A stretch of DNA of 64,000 nt from Mobula hypostoma (GCF_963921235.1 NC_086097.1:69690001-69754000); one strand, 5' to 3'. Counted from the first letter of the stretch, positions 12,190 to 26,104 are shown. Notes: generated from the letters alone by a model not told the origin. A program made the numbers and translations.

Positions 12190-13010
12190 TGCGGTGCCCA
12201 AAAGGAATCGAGTGGGCGACTCGTCTCCGGTACACCGTGGACTGCAGGTTTGTCCTTATTAAAATTCGGAATGCCGAGTCGGCCGCATTGACAGGTGGGC
12301 TGTCGCGCGCACGCCGGGACCCAGAACCTCGCGGAGCGGGCGGACGAACACGAGCACGAGCGCGCGCTTGGCGAGAGCGGCGCAAGCCCACTAACACCTC
12401 CCCCCCCGCGCCTTCTCCTCGCCCACAATGCAGCGCGCCGCCATATTCTGCAGAAAGAATGTCCATGGCGGCTCGCTGGTGGCGCTGAGGCTCGTAGGGC
12501 TCTTCTCCTCCCACTAAATGTAACAGAAATAACAATAATCTTATTAATTAATAATAAACATGGATGAACACCCCATAGGGATGTCCTCTCATGCTAATCC
12601 TAGCGGCCCTTTGCTGGGCCCGGGAAACAATGGCAACGGCGTGAACCACAACGGCGGCGGGGTTCGGCAGCCGCCGGCTCCGCAGGAGGAGCCGCAGCGG
12701 CCCCAATACACCATCCCCGGGATCCTACATTACATCCAGCACGAATGGGCCCGCTTCGAGATGGAGCGAGCGCACTGGGAGGTGGAGAGAGCCGAACTCC
12801 AGGTAGAGTGACACAGGGCAGCGGATGCGACACCGGGGGACAGAGGGGAGGCTACCCGAGCTTACAGTGAGCCGAAGGGTTTGCGCTGATTGCCTGGCGG
12901 GAACCGACGTTGGCGGCCGGGGGTTAGGGGTTGGAGCGGCGGCTGGTATTTACCCAGATGTGGAAGCCTCCTCGCCGTCGCCATTTTGGTTTCCAATATG
13001 GCGTCAGCCT
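12190..13010. promoter_or_regulatory. CpG island and shared promoter region of STRN3 and AP4S1
   Basis: The strongest non-repeat GC/CpG-rich stretch in an AT-rich window. It has NRF1-like GCGCGC runs and YY1-like motifs (CCGCCATATT ~12438, CCATGGCGGC ~12463, CGCCATTTTG ~12979, AATATGGCG ~12995), and lies at the 5' ends of two divergent genes. Confidence 0.8.
12560..12802 (+). CDS. STRN3: Striatin-3 (SG2NA) coding exon 1
   Basis: MDEHPIG...QYTIPGILHYIQHEWARFEMERAHWEVERAELQ is the striatin N-terminal caveolin-binding/coiled-coil region. Donor CAG|GTAGAG. Adjacency to AP4S1 matches known vertebrate synteny. Confidence 0.96.
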
Positions 13011-13992
13011 GCTGTGTGTAAATAGCTAGTCCACTCGTGTCCCACATCTATAAACTTAACTCATTCCATTTTAGTCTGCTAACCATCCCTGCCGTTGTTT
13101 GAAGTTCGACACATCTTGCATATTTTCTCTCTTTGTGCCATTAGATCACGGGCTTCTGAGCAGGGTATCTGATAATTGTTGGTTGTTAGGTCGTTGCTTG
13201 GGCAGCGCTGGAGAAACAGTTCATGTTGGGGATGGTTCACATTTTGTCATTTGCCCAAAGCTATTAACCTAGACAGAAGTGTTTTCCTTAGAGCGCTTCG
13301 GTCGTGATCTGCCAAGTTGGTGCTTGCTACATCATTGGACGTGAAATAACGATATTGTGTAGTGTCTTGATAACAGCCTATTTTGCTGTATTGATTTGTT
13401 CTGGATAAGAAAAGTGTATTTAAATGTAATAGTGAAGGACTTGAGATAAATAGTTCAATTACACCATTCAGCAATTTACTGCCTTTATTCTACTTTATAC
13501 CACTTCTGCTTAATATTAGATACCCTTATTTTGTGATTTAAGCATACAAAATATTGTCTTAAAAGACCGCTAGATACAATGCCAATTGTATGGCAAAGTA
13601 TACATTGAGAAGGCGTACTCTTCAAATTTTAGTTACGTATTGGATATGATTGGTTTGTAGTTTCTTACACCCATCATATTTTAGTCCAATACTTTATACA
13701 TCTAACATAAAACATAACATTGTGTATAATGTGACTCAGCATAAATTGATATCCTATGCCCAGGAATGATCAAACCAGATCTGTAACAATGAAGAGAAAT
13801 CTTGATAAAGAGTGATTAATTTCTTTAGCAGGAAATATTCTATAATTGCTCAATTATTTAAAATTGAGTTTATTATCTGGAGCCAATTTTGTTTTCATTT
13901 CCATTAAGACTCCCATTGAAGTTCCATTTATACTTTAAGGGAAATGCATTTCTAACCTGTGTCCATAATGGCAAGCATTTTGTATTGCATTA

Positions 13993-14190
13993 CAGGTTGA
14001 GCACCCTTATCCAAAATACAGTACTTGGGGCCAGAGGTGTTTCAGATTTTGGATTTTTCCAAATTTTGGAATATTTGCATCTATATAATGAAATACATTG
14101 AGGATGGGACCCAAGTCTAAATACAAGATCTGTTTACATTACATATACAGCTTGTACATATCACCGGAAGGTGGTTTCTTATAGTATTTT
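13993..14190 (+). mobile_element. Tigger4/MER46 (Zombi)-like left-end fragment
   Basis: TA|CAGGTTGAGCACCCTTATCCAAAAT...CTTGGGGCCAGAGGTGTTTCAGATTTTGGATTTTT...GGATGGGACCCAAGTCTAAA matches my recollection of the Tigger4b 5' end. Confidence 0.7.
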
Positions 14191-14629
14191 AGTTTCCCGT
14201 AAAGTGTTAACTTGTCACCTTAGCTGAGCGGCAGCATTTGCCTTTATGTCAGAAAGATGTGGAATTCATTCCAGCTCCAGAGTTTGGTCATCTAGACTGA
14301 CGTCTCATTTTAGTGCTCAGTAACTGTATTGTTGAAAGTCTTATTTTTTAGATGAAATATTAATTATTTGTTCTAGCTAAGATTTGTAAATAATGCCTAA
14401 AGAAAAATTAAGACAGTTTTGTGAAAACCTCATCAAAGAGAATGAGATGTTATGAAGGGAGGGGAAAAAAAGAGGAAGCAACACTGAGTGGTTTAATGAA
14501 GGAATTTACAAGCTTTGGGTTTTGGTAGAGGCGTCATGGCTACCATAATAAAATAAATAAATTCATGGGAGAATAGGCTAAAATTGAACAGTAGAGCTAT
14601 TTAGCACGCGAATAGGGCTGTGAGAATGT

Positions 14630-14820
14630 TGGCTGGCGGTGTCATGGCATCCGCACTAGACTTCAATATGAGTGATCCTGGGTTCAATTCTGGCCGGCTC
14701 CTTGCACGCTTTCCGTCCTTGCTGGATTGAACTAGCCATTTGTCGTAAAAAATAGACAAATGCTAAAGAAATGGCAAGGTTGCCACTCAATGCACCACAA
14801 GGTGGAGAAGAACAACTCAA
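14630..14820 (+). mobile_element. tRNA-derived SINE
   Basis: B box GGGTTCAATTC; tRNA-like head followed by a short body. Confidence 0.55.
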
Positions 14821-16199
14821 GAACTTTGTGGGAACCATCAGAAACTGGGCTGTTGGGAGATTGAAGAGGGAAAGAATGAGCTGTGGAGATGTTTGTAAAC
14901 AAGGATGTGATTGGTTAAGGCACTGGTGTGATGTTCAGAATTTGGCACAGCAGACTTTGATATGACCTCGTTTATGGAGGTAAGCAGAGCTTGTTGGAAT
15001 ACTCAAATTTAGAGATGATGAATACACCCAAGGTATAAAATCAATCTAAATTAATGCTTTTGCAATGGGCAAAGTTTACTTTGGTCACTTTTGTAGTTGT
15101 GGAAATGGAGCAGTGTTGCTCAACTAATAATTAAATATGACACCAAGTAAGTGAACACACTTGGTTTAATCTCAGGTATTTCCCAGGGAGAGGGATTGGG
15201 TTAATGAATTGGATACAAAATTTCTAACACTGACCAAAATGATAGTTTGTTTTTGGTGTTCTCAGTGTTAGAGGAAATTTTAGTTCATCCACTACTGGAA
15301 TTCAGATAAGCAGTCTGACAATGTAGAGACAGTGTATAGTGGGTGAAAAAAATCTGGGTGTCATTACCTACGTGCAGAAATAACAATGCCTTCAATTGCT
15401 GATACCCCACATATTACCAGCGCAAAAAAATTACTTCGTAATGTTGGACTTTAGGTGCATATTTTCCATGTTACCTCCTGTTTGTAAGTGCTTTAAAGAA
15501 ATCTGTGTCTTATTTCCAGCTTAAGGTGGTATTAGTTTTGAAATTATTTATAATTTACCTGGTAGCTAGAAGATGAGAATATTCAGGATTTGGTATGGTG
15601 GATTTTAGGTTACCTCATTGTTCAGATGCAGGACAGAAAAATGTGAGAAAGAATCGTCAACTTGAATCATTAGCTCTGTCCCTTTCTCAGATGCTACATG
15701 ACTTGCTGAGTATCCAGCATTTTCTTTGAGTTCTGACATTCGTTTTGCTCTCATTGGAGCAAAATCTGATTAAGGGCAAGTAAAGAAATGACAAACCTTT
15801 TTGCCTGCATGTTCATTATAGTTAATGGAAGATTATCGCTTTATACTTAATTATCAATTTTCTTAGAAAAGGCAATGAGAACTTTTGGAATCCGCATTTA
15901 ATCTGAATGCGCACACTTGGTTTGACAGGGTTATTTTATATTATGACTGTTTAGTAGCGCATATTATAATAAATGAAGCTGATCCAACAAAACTATTTGG
16001 CTTTTTCAGATCTAAGCCACTAATTATACAACGCTTATTGCTAGATTTACTTCCATGACTTTGTGGGATTGTTTTCATATTTAGCTTTAGGTTCCAAATA
16101 CTTGTTCCTCTCTATTTGAACTGTTGACTGCTTTTTATAGGTGGGGACAATTATTTAATAAACCATAATTCCATCACTCTGTTTGAACACAGAACAAGA

Positions 16200-17360
16200 A
16201 ATAAATAGTAAATTGGCTTGTTATTGTCACTTTACCGAGGTACAATGAAGAACAAAAGTGCATTGAGGTAGTACAAAGCAAAACAATAACAGAGTACCAA
16301 ATAAACTCTTACAAAGTGCTGTGCAGGTAGGCAGTAAGACGCAAGGTCACAATGATGTAGGGTTGTGAGGTCAACAGTCTATGTTATACAAGCAAAACAT
16401 TCACTAGTTTTATATTAGCGGGGATAGAAGGTGTCATTGAACCTGGTGGTATGTGCTTTCAGACATTTGTATTTTCTGCCTGATTTGGGTGGGGCGGGCG
16501 GTTTGGGAGGAGAGAGAATGTCCGGGGTGGGTGGGATCTTTGATTATGCTGGCTGCTTTACTAAGACAGCAAGAAGTATAGACGGAGTCCATGGAGGGTA
16601 TGGCTGGTTTCCATGATGTGCTGATCTGTGGCTACAACTGTTTGCAATTTCTTGCCACCATAAACAGAACAGTTTCCTCCTAAGCTATGATGTATCTGGA
16701 TATGATGCTTTTCTGGGTACATCAATTATAAACTTGTGAAGTTCAAAGGGGACATGCTAGACTTCTTTAGTTTCCGAAGAAAGTAGAGGCACTGGTGAAT
16801 TTTCTTGGCTATGGCATCTATTTGGTTGGACCAGGGCAAGTTGCTGATGATGTTCACTGCTAAAAACTTGGAAGATCTCATCTGTCTCAACCTCAGCACT
16901 ATTAATGTAAACAGGAGCATGTGCACTGCCCCCCACCACCCCTGGCCAACTCTTTTGTTTTGCTGACATTGAGGAAAAGGTTGTTGTCATGACACCATGT
17001 CACATCTGCAAACTCGTCGGTGGAGTTAGTGCAAAATCTGGTCACATTCACTGTCTGTCTGAGGATGCAGCCTTGTGGGGTACCAGTGCTGAGAATAATA
17101 ATGTAAGTGTTGCCTTTATTTACTGATTGTGGTCTGCTAGTTAGGAAATCAAGGATCCAATTGTATATGGAAGTGTTGACTTTAGGAGTTTGAGAGTTTG
17201 TTCGGAATTTTAGTATTGAAGGCAAAGCTGTAGTCAATAAGTAATAGTCTATCATAGGATAATTTGTGTCTATATTGTCCAGATGCTCTAGAGATGAGTG
17301 TAAGGTTAGGGAGATGGCTTCTGCTGTAGTTCTTTTTCAGTGGTAGGCAAACTGCAGTGG
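16200..17360 (-). mobile_element. Rex1/Babar-like LINE fragment
   Basis: [39 protein letters not shown]. Confidence 0.82.
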
Positions 17361-18369
17361 GAAAAGACCTTTCAATATCTCAAGCCTGTTTTTCTTTACG
17401 GTGAGATCATGCCATATCTCTATCATTAATTCCACTTAGCCTGTCTTGGCGCCAATACTTCCATTCAGCAAATTTCCATTGACCTCAGGTTTAAAGTCAT
17501 TAATTGACTTTGTTTCTTTTTGTCAGAGTGCAGTCTGAATGGAGGATATGATTCTGCCCTCAACTAATTTTCCTGTGCAGTCTTAGCAGGAGATGCTGCA
17601 TAGCAACTAGAAGTCACTGACTTGTTTTTATTCTTTGATGTTAATTTAACAGTCTCTTCTTAATATTAGTTAACTTTGTTAAGGCTCGGTCAAAGGATTG
17701 TTCTGTTAACCATCAAATATTCCTCATCTATGTGGTAGAGAAATTTTGATTTTAACTTTAAATATTAGTGACCGGTTTGTGTCAGGTTGTTTAATTTCCC
17801 ACTGAAATCCTTAGTCTTGTTTCTGTGTTGTGCTATCAGTGTAGCAGGGGACATGGAGGGCCATATTGTAATGACTGCAAATTGTGTTTGCTGTAGTGTT
17901 GCCAAACTAAGAAGCACATTTAAAATAATGCAGTTTCACATTCAAGAGTGGTATTTACTTGTGATGTACTCACAAGGATGACAATTGAAATTTGAAGATC
18001 TTCATGAATAATGTGCATCTTTCTTGCACAGTCTTTCGTAATCTTGAACGTTGTTGTTACCCCTAAAGAAAAAAGCGTTGGTTCCATCCTGTGACCTGTG
18101 TGCAGTTTATGTCTCTTGTAATTATAATAAAGAAGTTTTCTTGTACATAATTTACTTTTTATATTGTTACATCTAATTAAATTATTACCTTTGATTGCCT
18201 GGCTTTTAAATAAACTGTATTAGAGTTTCTACAAAATTGAATTATGTTGGCAAACTGACTCAGCTACTTCCAAACGACACATCTTTTGGTATTTCATTTG
18301 ATTTGAGATAGACAATTTGATACAAATAAGGTTTTAACCACTTTTATTTGAAAGAGGAAAAAAATCATG

Positions 18370-19800
18370 TAAGATTTAGGAAGCTGCAAATGGACAAGGC
18401 CTTCGTGGAATATAAAGGAAACAGGAAAGAATGTAAATGAGAAATCATAGGGGGCTAAAAGGGGCCATGAAATGACCCTGGCAAGTTGGATTAAGAAAAT
18501 CTCAAGGCTTTTTGTACAGGTATCAAAAAGATGCTGGTAGCTAGGAGAAAGATCAGGCCAAAGGGGGGGAATATAAATCTATTACCAGTGGGAGTGGGTG
18601 ACTATTAAATTAGTAACCTGCATTGATGTTTACAAGTAGAAGGACGTGGATGATAGTGAGGTCAAGGAAGGATATGCTGAAATTAAGAAGAAGCAGATGG
18701 TAGGTCTCTGAAGACCATTAAGGTGGTTAAGTCCCCGTGGCATGATGGGATCTATCCCAGGATACTGAGGGAGGAGATAGTAGGAGCATTGACCGGGGGT
18801 GGGGGGGGGGTGTATTTTGTACGTGCTTCAGCCACAGATAAAGTCTCAGAAAAATGAAGAATAGACAATGTTTTTGAAGGGTAATTTGGATAATCCAGAA
18901 AATTATAAACCAGTGAGTCTTGCATCATGGTGGGAAATTGTTGAAAGTTCAAATGGACAAGATATCCTCACATTTAGTAATGTTTGCACATTTTGGGGAC
19001 ATTCAGCATGGCTTTGTACTGGGGGGGCATGTCTCACAAAATTAATTTTTTTTTGAGGGAGTAACAACAACCTCCATTGTGAATGAGAGTAATGCAGTGG
19101 ATGTTAAAGTGACTCGTGGTAGGCTTGATCAATACAGTAAGTCACATGGGATCCATGGTAAGTTGCAAAATTGACTTTATTATAGAAGACAGAGGGTCAA
19201 AGATGTGGGTGTGCTATTCTGAGTGGAGGTCAGTGACTAGTGGTATTCCTGAAGGATCAATGTGGGGATCTCTGTTGTTTGAAATATATATAAATATTTT
19301 GGACAAAAATGTCTCTGATCCTATTAGCAAGTTTGCAGAGAGCATAAGAGCTGGTAGAATGGTTGGTGGCGTGGAAGGTTGTGGAAAGATACAGCAGGGT
19401 ATAGGTCAGTTGGAAATTTAGGTGGAGAAATGGTAGATAAAGTTTAATCCAGACAAGTATGAGGTGGTGTCTTTTGGAATGTTGTACAAGAGGAAAGTAT
19501 GCAGTAAATGGCAACATAGATGTACAGAATGAGTCCATGGCTTCCTGAAAGTGGTAACACAAGTGTAATGTTATGGCATGATTGTCTTTATCAGGGCACT
19601 GAAAGTAAAAGTTGGCAAGTCATATTTACAGCTGTATTAAACTTTGGTTTGGCCACATTTGGATTCTTGCATCCAGTTCTGGTCACTTCATTACAGAAAG
19701 GCTGTGAAAGCTTTGGAGAGGTTACAGAAGATATTCAGTAGGATATTGCCTGAATTTGGTTAATAGGCTTGTTCCTGTGCTGTTCTGTTGTATTTTCTGC
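18370..19800 (+). mobile_element. Older degenerate CR1 LINE
   Basis: DNPENYKPVSLAS, SEWRSVTSGIPEGSMWGSLLFEIYINILD, ISKFAE fragments. Confidence 0.85.
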
Positions 19801-22800
19801 TTTTGTTTGTAGAACTCCTGATCAGGAGAACATTTTGGTTTATTTCTGTTGAAAGCAGAGATCAAGAGAAAGAGTGATTAAAATTGTAGCCTGCCACCAG
19901 CTTATTACTGTCATGACCTGTTATTTTAATTTGCTCAAGTTATGAGAACTTTGTGCACATCGGTATTCACTGCCTGTTGATGATGCCTTGTGTCAATGTT
20001 TTAAAAAACATTGTGAAGAATTTGACTTTGCGATGACTGACCAGAGGAGAGTAGAAGTACTTCACTAATGATCACTGGTACTTGCTTCAAGTATGAGTTT
20101 GAAGTGGTTCATTGTAAAACATTATGGCAATTATTATTTCAACATATTCAAATTAGCATTGTTATGGAAAATATTGTTAGCACGCTACCTTTTTCTTAAA
20201 ACTTATTTTTACTTCATAAAAGCATCTCTTAAAATCCATTTGTTTTCCCTTTGATTTTCTGCTGGTTGAGCTGCTTCTTCACAATGCCATTCTTGATTTT
20301 AGATACTATTTGTGTGGAGTTTGCGTGTTAATCTCTGTGATGATATGGGTTTCTTCCAGGTAGTCCAGTTTCTTCTAATGTTCCAAAGACATTAGGATTC
20401 GTTGGTTAATTGGATATTATCGGTAAACTTTGGGTGTAGTGATGAGAATATGGGGAGAATAAAAATTGTGATTAATGTAATTGGGCACAGATTCTGACAC
20501 TATGTTGCTCTTAAATTCTGTGGTTCTTCTATTTATCTGGTTAGCAAACTTATTGCTGCCTAAAGTTTGATCCTTAGTCACGAGTTAAGTGTGTTGTAGA
20601 TGTGTATTTGATTTAACTCTATTGTTTACTATAGGTAAGATGGCAAGTCATACTTCTGACTGATCTTGTAAATTGCTACTCTAGCTAAGATCTAACCAAA
20701 GTCTGTACCAGTGATAGTAATTTTTAATAAGGGATATCGGGCTCCTTCCCATTGGGTATTATCTGGTTAGAGGTGACTGTCTTGCTCATTAATACTGAAA
20801 GCTGAACTTTACGTTTTCTATTTAAGCATGGGAATTGACCATTCAAAATGAAAAAATTATTCTGTTTAACATGGTTTACAGTTATGTATTTTGCAGACAG
20901 CCTACTCATTCAAATTTTGATTCATTATTTCCTTCACTGATTTCCCATCTTGTTTAGAGTAGTGGTTTCAATTGTTTGGAAGTAGACTTAAGGTTTGGCA
21001 TGTTAGCATTGTTGCTACACAGTTGGTGTCTGTTTGATGTTTAAGTGTTTTAGATAGGATGTTAAAGTCATTATCTAACTAGATCTTCTTGCTTGTGTCC
21101 GGCCCTAATTCATGATAAAAGTTACAGTGGAGTGGTTAGGTTATCCTGGATGATCTTCTTGACATTTGCCATGAAGATTAAAGAGTTGTATGACAGGGCT
21201 ATATAATTTAGGAAGGAAGCATATTGGACATATCTGTATGTTAAAATACAAAAACTGACAATGTAGGAACGTAAGTTGTTAAAAAATGGAAAAGTTTTAT
21301 TTTACATATTTATTGGCTTTGAGGGATTAATATAATGTTGAAGGAGCGATATAGCGAGTTGCTCTGATTTGCTATGGCCAGAAGTTGATGTAAGAGGCAC
21401 AGTGTTGAGATGATAGATTTCTAGTAAATAGTAGGGCAAACAATTTAAAAGTTTGTTTGGGCATAGGTTGCATTAATATTGGGAGCTGAAACTACTGGTA
21501 TAAAAAAGTTATAATGAACAAGCCATTGTTGTGCAATCTGTACGTTAGTATGACTAATTGTTATGCTCTTTTATTGAAATAGAGAATGGTGGTGGCAGAT
21601 ATTACTTATTCTGAGAGTGGTGGAGACAAATTATCAGCAATAGTGAAATTTTAACTGATACCAAATATTGGTTTAAAAAACAGTAAGATATTGCCTAAAA
21701 CTGTAAAAAAATAAAGTTCTGTGCCAAAGGACAATTGAGAGATTACATGTAAAATGATTCAAAAATGTTTTACCCAAACTGATTTCTCAACAAAAAGATT
21801 TTGCTCACTGACTTATTATATGCTTTGTCAATGAATTGTTAGACTTAAATGGTAGATACAGACCAAATATACAGCAAAAGTATAAGAATAATCACTTTTT
21901 AAATACAAACGTTTGTACTTGGTAATTACCAATTTACTTGCCAAAATTCTTGGGGACTTAGGACAAGTAAATGTCCAATTTTGTTAGGTGCAGCAGTATG
22001 GAGATACTCAAAATTGGTGATGTGCGGCAAAATCAAGTGACAGTAAAAGATTCAGATTCACAACTGGCAACATCTTTTGAAATAGACAAGCAAACTAGTT
22101 AAACGGGTTGGGTGTTGTTTATGAACAAAACATATTCTTTCCCTTTATATTTATGTTCGCTGGAATATTTTTCTTTATTATTCTAATTGAGTGGCTGCTT
22201 TTGTGGTAATCTGTGGCCTAGTTGGTGTTGCGTACAATTACAACATAACTTCATTACTCTGCCTCTTGTTTTAATTCTTTTAGTGTTTTAGTTTTTGTTT
22301 CTTAATATTTTCAGTAACTCACTTTGTTTTATAAATGGTCTCAAATATCAGCAATATTTACAAGGAATCAGGTTTATGGAAGATTATTGGAGTGTGTTTC
22401 TATCTGCTCAATGGCAAGTGCTAAATCATAACAAAAGCTCTTTGTTGAGATTTTTTTTGAGTAAACAAATTGACTTAGTAGATCCTCCTCAGGTAGATAA
22501 GCCTTATTGCATGGGTCAGTAATACAGCCTAGCTTTGCTGGCGGTAAGTTCTTGCTTGTTGTACACAAAGCAGTAAGTAAGTTCATATTTCTTGAATTCT
22601 CAGGGAAATAATACTCCATGAATGATACTGCATACTAAAGAGAAGTATCGCAACATCACAAGTGAATTATTTTTTGGACGTGTGGTTCATGATGTAATGT
22701 ATATCAAATTTGATGACTCAAAGGTGGAAGAGGATAACAAACTGATGTATTTTCAGTCACTGTTAGAAAATGGGTGTTTTCATGTAAACTTGTATCTTTT

Positions 22801-25165
22801 TTGAGAGATCCAAAATAAATTAAATTTTGTGATCTGCAATTTTTCCAGTTTTGGAACTGTAACAAATAACTTCACAAATAAATAGAATTTAGAATAGGAC
22901 TATTGCAAGTGAGTAATGAACTTGAAAAGAAACTCTTTAAATACAGTTGGTTAAATGGTTGAAAGGCCAAGGGACTTCGGTTTGAAGATTGGAGTCTGGG
23001 CTCATTTGAGGCTTTCAAGGCTTCATACCTGGGATGATACCTGTAACTCAACTTTTCCTTCATTTGTCCTTTTTTTTTGCTTGTAAAATATTTTTAGTTT
23101 GGTTGTGAAGGGCATACTTTCCAGTTTTGTTACCAGGTGCATTTTTGTTTTCAGAATCTATTTTTAAATTTATTTCTCATTGTGAGCTGTAGAATTTGAA
23201 TATGTGAAGCAACGTTTCTGGAAATTATTTTTACTTAGGCAAAACAGCCAGCAAATGTGCTTAATAAATCATTATGGGGTTGAGGATGAGAAGCACACGC
23301 AGAAAAGTGGAATAATTAATGTTTGTGGAAATCAGGAGGTCTTGAATGGTGAATTGTGAAATATTGTACTGAAAAAGATCGCACATTTATTACTGTCTCT
23401 CTCGCTAGGTAAGATTTTATTGGCATATTTCTTAACAAATGATGTAGCTATGTCAAATTCTGAACAGTTGCTTAAGCACAATGAATGTTTTGTAGATACT
23501 GGGCTCATTACAATTATTCTAATTATTTTTCTCACTATTTATACTTTAAAATTATTTCAGCCATGAATACAACAGGATTTTATGCTGTTTTGCAAGGTCA
23601 CTTATTATTATATAACGATAGTTATGTGAGAGGATTATTAAAAAGCAAAATGCTGGAGGTACATACTTCACAGGTCATGCTGTATTTTTGGGAAGAGAAG
23701 CAGTTGACTTTTCACATCGGATGAAACTTTAACCCTTTTCCCCCTCTCCACAGTGGGTGCTTGATCGGCAGAGCTTTTCCAGCATTTTCTGTTGTTATTT
23801 CAGATTTCCCAGCCTCTGCAATTTCTAAGCCTTTCTGAGGTTGTTGAATTCCCTATTCATTGGTCACTGATACAAGGCCCTGCCTCCTGTGATTTTAATT
23901 TTAGCAGTGCTGTTATATGAGTATCATTGTTTTCAGGTGACTTAATTGTTTTGCTTAGAATTATTCATGGCTGAAGATAGATTTACTGCGATTTCATTTA
24001 TAATTTGTCAGGTCCCAGAGAATTTTTTTTTGCATATTTCATGTCACATATTTACATTAGTTTTCATGTCCAGGAAAGTTTTACATTTGTTGCGCATTGC
24101 ATGCTTTCAACACATTTTTAATTCGTATTTGGTCTGTTGAACACCTTGTTCAAATTGTCAAAATAAAGGTAAAGTTAACTGACTTTAAATTAGAACTTCT
24201 AATGATTCATCCACATTTGCATTTAATTGCATTTTCTTAGTTTAGGAGAGCTTATTGGAAAGTTGGTGAATTTATTAAAATAATTACATAGCTTAAGCTT
24301 GTTTTATTAAGCAGGCATCGAGGGTACAATGAATATCTTTTAAGAACATGCTGCCTGGCCTGCTGCGTTCACCAGCAACTTTGATGTATGTTGCTTGTTA
24401 AAGTGATGTCATGTTTTCTAGCTGAAATTTCACCGGTGTGAACAAGGTTTATGAGAGCTGTGGAAGGAAGAGAAAGAGCATTTTTTTTCAGCTCGTTGAT
24501 TTGAATAGAGAGTACTGCATGATGTAAGAATGCATTTTAAGTTATAATATTATAAAGGAGAAAATAAAATTCTTCGTTCTTGGATTTATCATTTGAACTG
24601 TGAACATCCAACATAACTGAGTGGGTTACACACTGTCATTTCAGCTCTGGGAATTTGTGATTTTCTTTTTACAGATTCCGGTAGCTGAATATGTTCATAA
24701 TTATTTTACACTGGAAGTGAATAATTAGTATGGGAAGAATAGAAATATATTTTTCAGTGGGTGCTTTTAAATTTGTGACTGAATATGTTGTTTAGATCGG
24801 GTGAAGGGAGTAAGTATCTAATATACTAGTTGATACAGGGTCCTGACTTTAGGTGCATGTGTTATCAATAAAAAAAACTAAAATAACTGTGCCCAGAACA
24901 CATGCACCCTTACGATTCAAACATACTTTATCTCTTTGTGCATAAGGAGAACAGCATGGCTCCTGTTACCACTGTTCCAAAGCCAGGACAAAAAACTGCT
25001 GTTGTTATGTAGAATTGGCATATCAGTTATGGATATTGACTATTTGTAAATTGTATATGTTTGAATTCCTTGCTTGCAAGATCAAACACGAGGAAATCTG
25101 CAGATGCTGGAAATTCAAGCCACTGGTGAACGCAGCAGGCCAGGCAGCATCTCTAGGAAGAGGTA

Positions 25166-25203
25166 CAGTCGACGTTTCGGGCTGAGACCCTTCGTCAGGA
25201 CTA
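25166..25203 (-). ncRNA. Minimal type I hammerhead ribozyme motif
   Basis: Minus strand UAGUC-CUGACGA-AGGGUCUCAGCCC-GAAAC-GUC-GACUG, with an intact core. Confidence 0.8.
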
Positions 25204-26067
25204 ACTGAAGGAAGAGCTAGTAAGAGATTTGAAAGTGGGAGGGGGAGGGGGAGATCCAAAACGATAGGAGAAGACAGGACGGGGAGAGATGGAGCCAAGA
25301 GCTGGACAGTTGATTGGCAAAAGGGATATGAGAGGATCATGGGACAGGAGGCCCAGGGAGAAAGAAAAGGGGGAGGGGGGGAAAAGCCCAGAGGATGGGC
25401 AAGGGGTATAGCGAGAGGGACAGAGGGAGGAAAAGGAGAGAGAAAGAAAGAATGTGTGTATATAAATAAATAACGGATGGGGTATGAGGGGGAGGTGGGG
25501 CATTAGCGGAAGGTGGTGTTTCTCCAACCTGAGTATGGCTTCATCTTTACAGTACAGGAGGCCGTGGATAGACATATCAGAATGGGAATGGGATTGATTC
25601 GCTGAACACCTACGCTCTGTCCTCCAGAGAAAGCAGGAACTCCCAGTGGCCCACACATTTTAATTCCACGTCCCATTCCCATTCTGATACGTCTATCCAT
25701 GGCCGCCTCCACTGTCAAAGTGAAGCCACACTCAGGTTGGAGGAACAATACCTTGTATTCCGTCTGGGTTGCCTCCAACCTGATGGAATAAACATTGACT
25801 TCTCAAACTTCTACTAATGCCCCACCTCCCCCTCGTACCCCATCTGTTATTTATTTATATACACACATTCTTTCTTTCTCTCTCTCTCCTTTTTCTCCCT
25901 CTGTCCCTCTCACTATACCCCTTGCCCATTCTCTGGGTTTTCCCCCCCTCCCCCTTTTCTTTCTCCCTGGGCCTCCTGTCCCATGATCTTCTCATATCCC
26001 TTTTGCCAATCAACTGTCCAGCTCTTGGCTCTATCTGTTAATGCCCCACCTCCCCTAACCCCATACG

Positions 26068-26104
<37 letters not shown>

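Noticed and set aside
12129..13047. Several overlapping 60-120-aa ORFs on both strands
   Set aside because: Expected from stop-codon scarcity in a CpG island; low-complexity Arg/Ala/Pro content and no recognisable domain.
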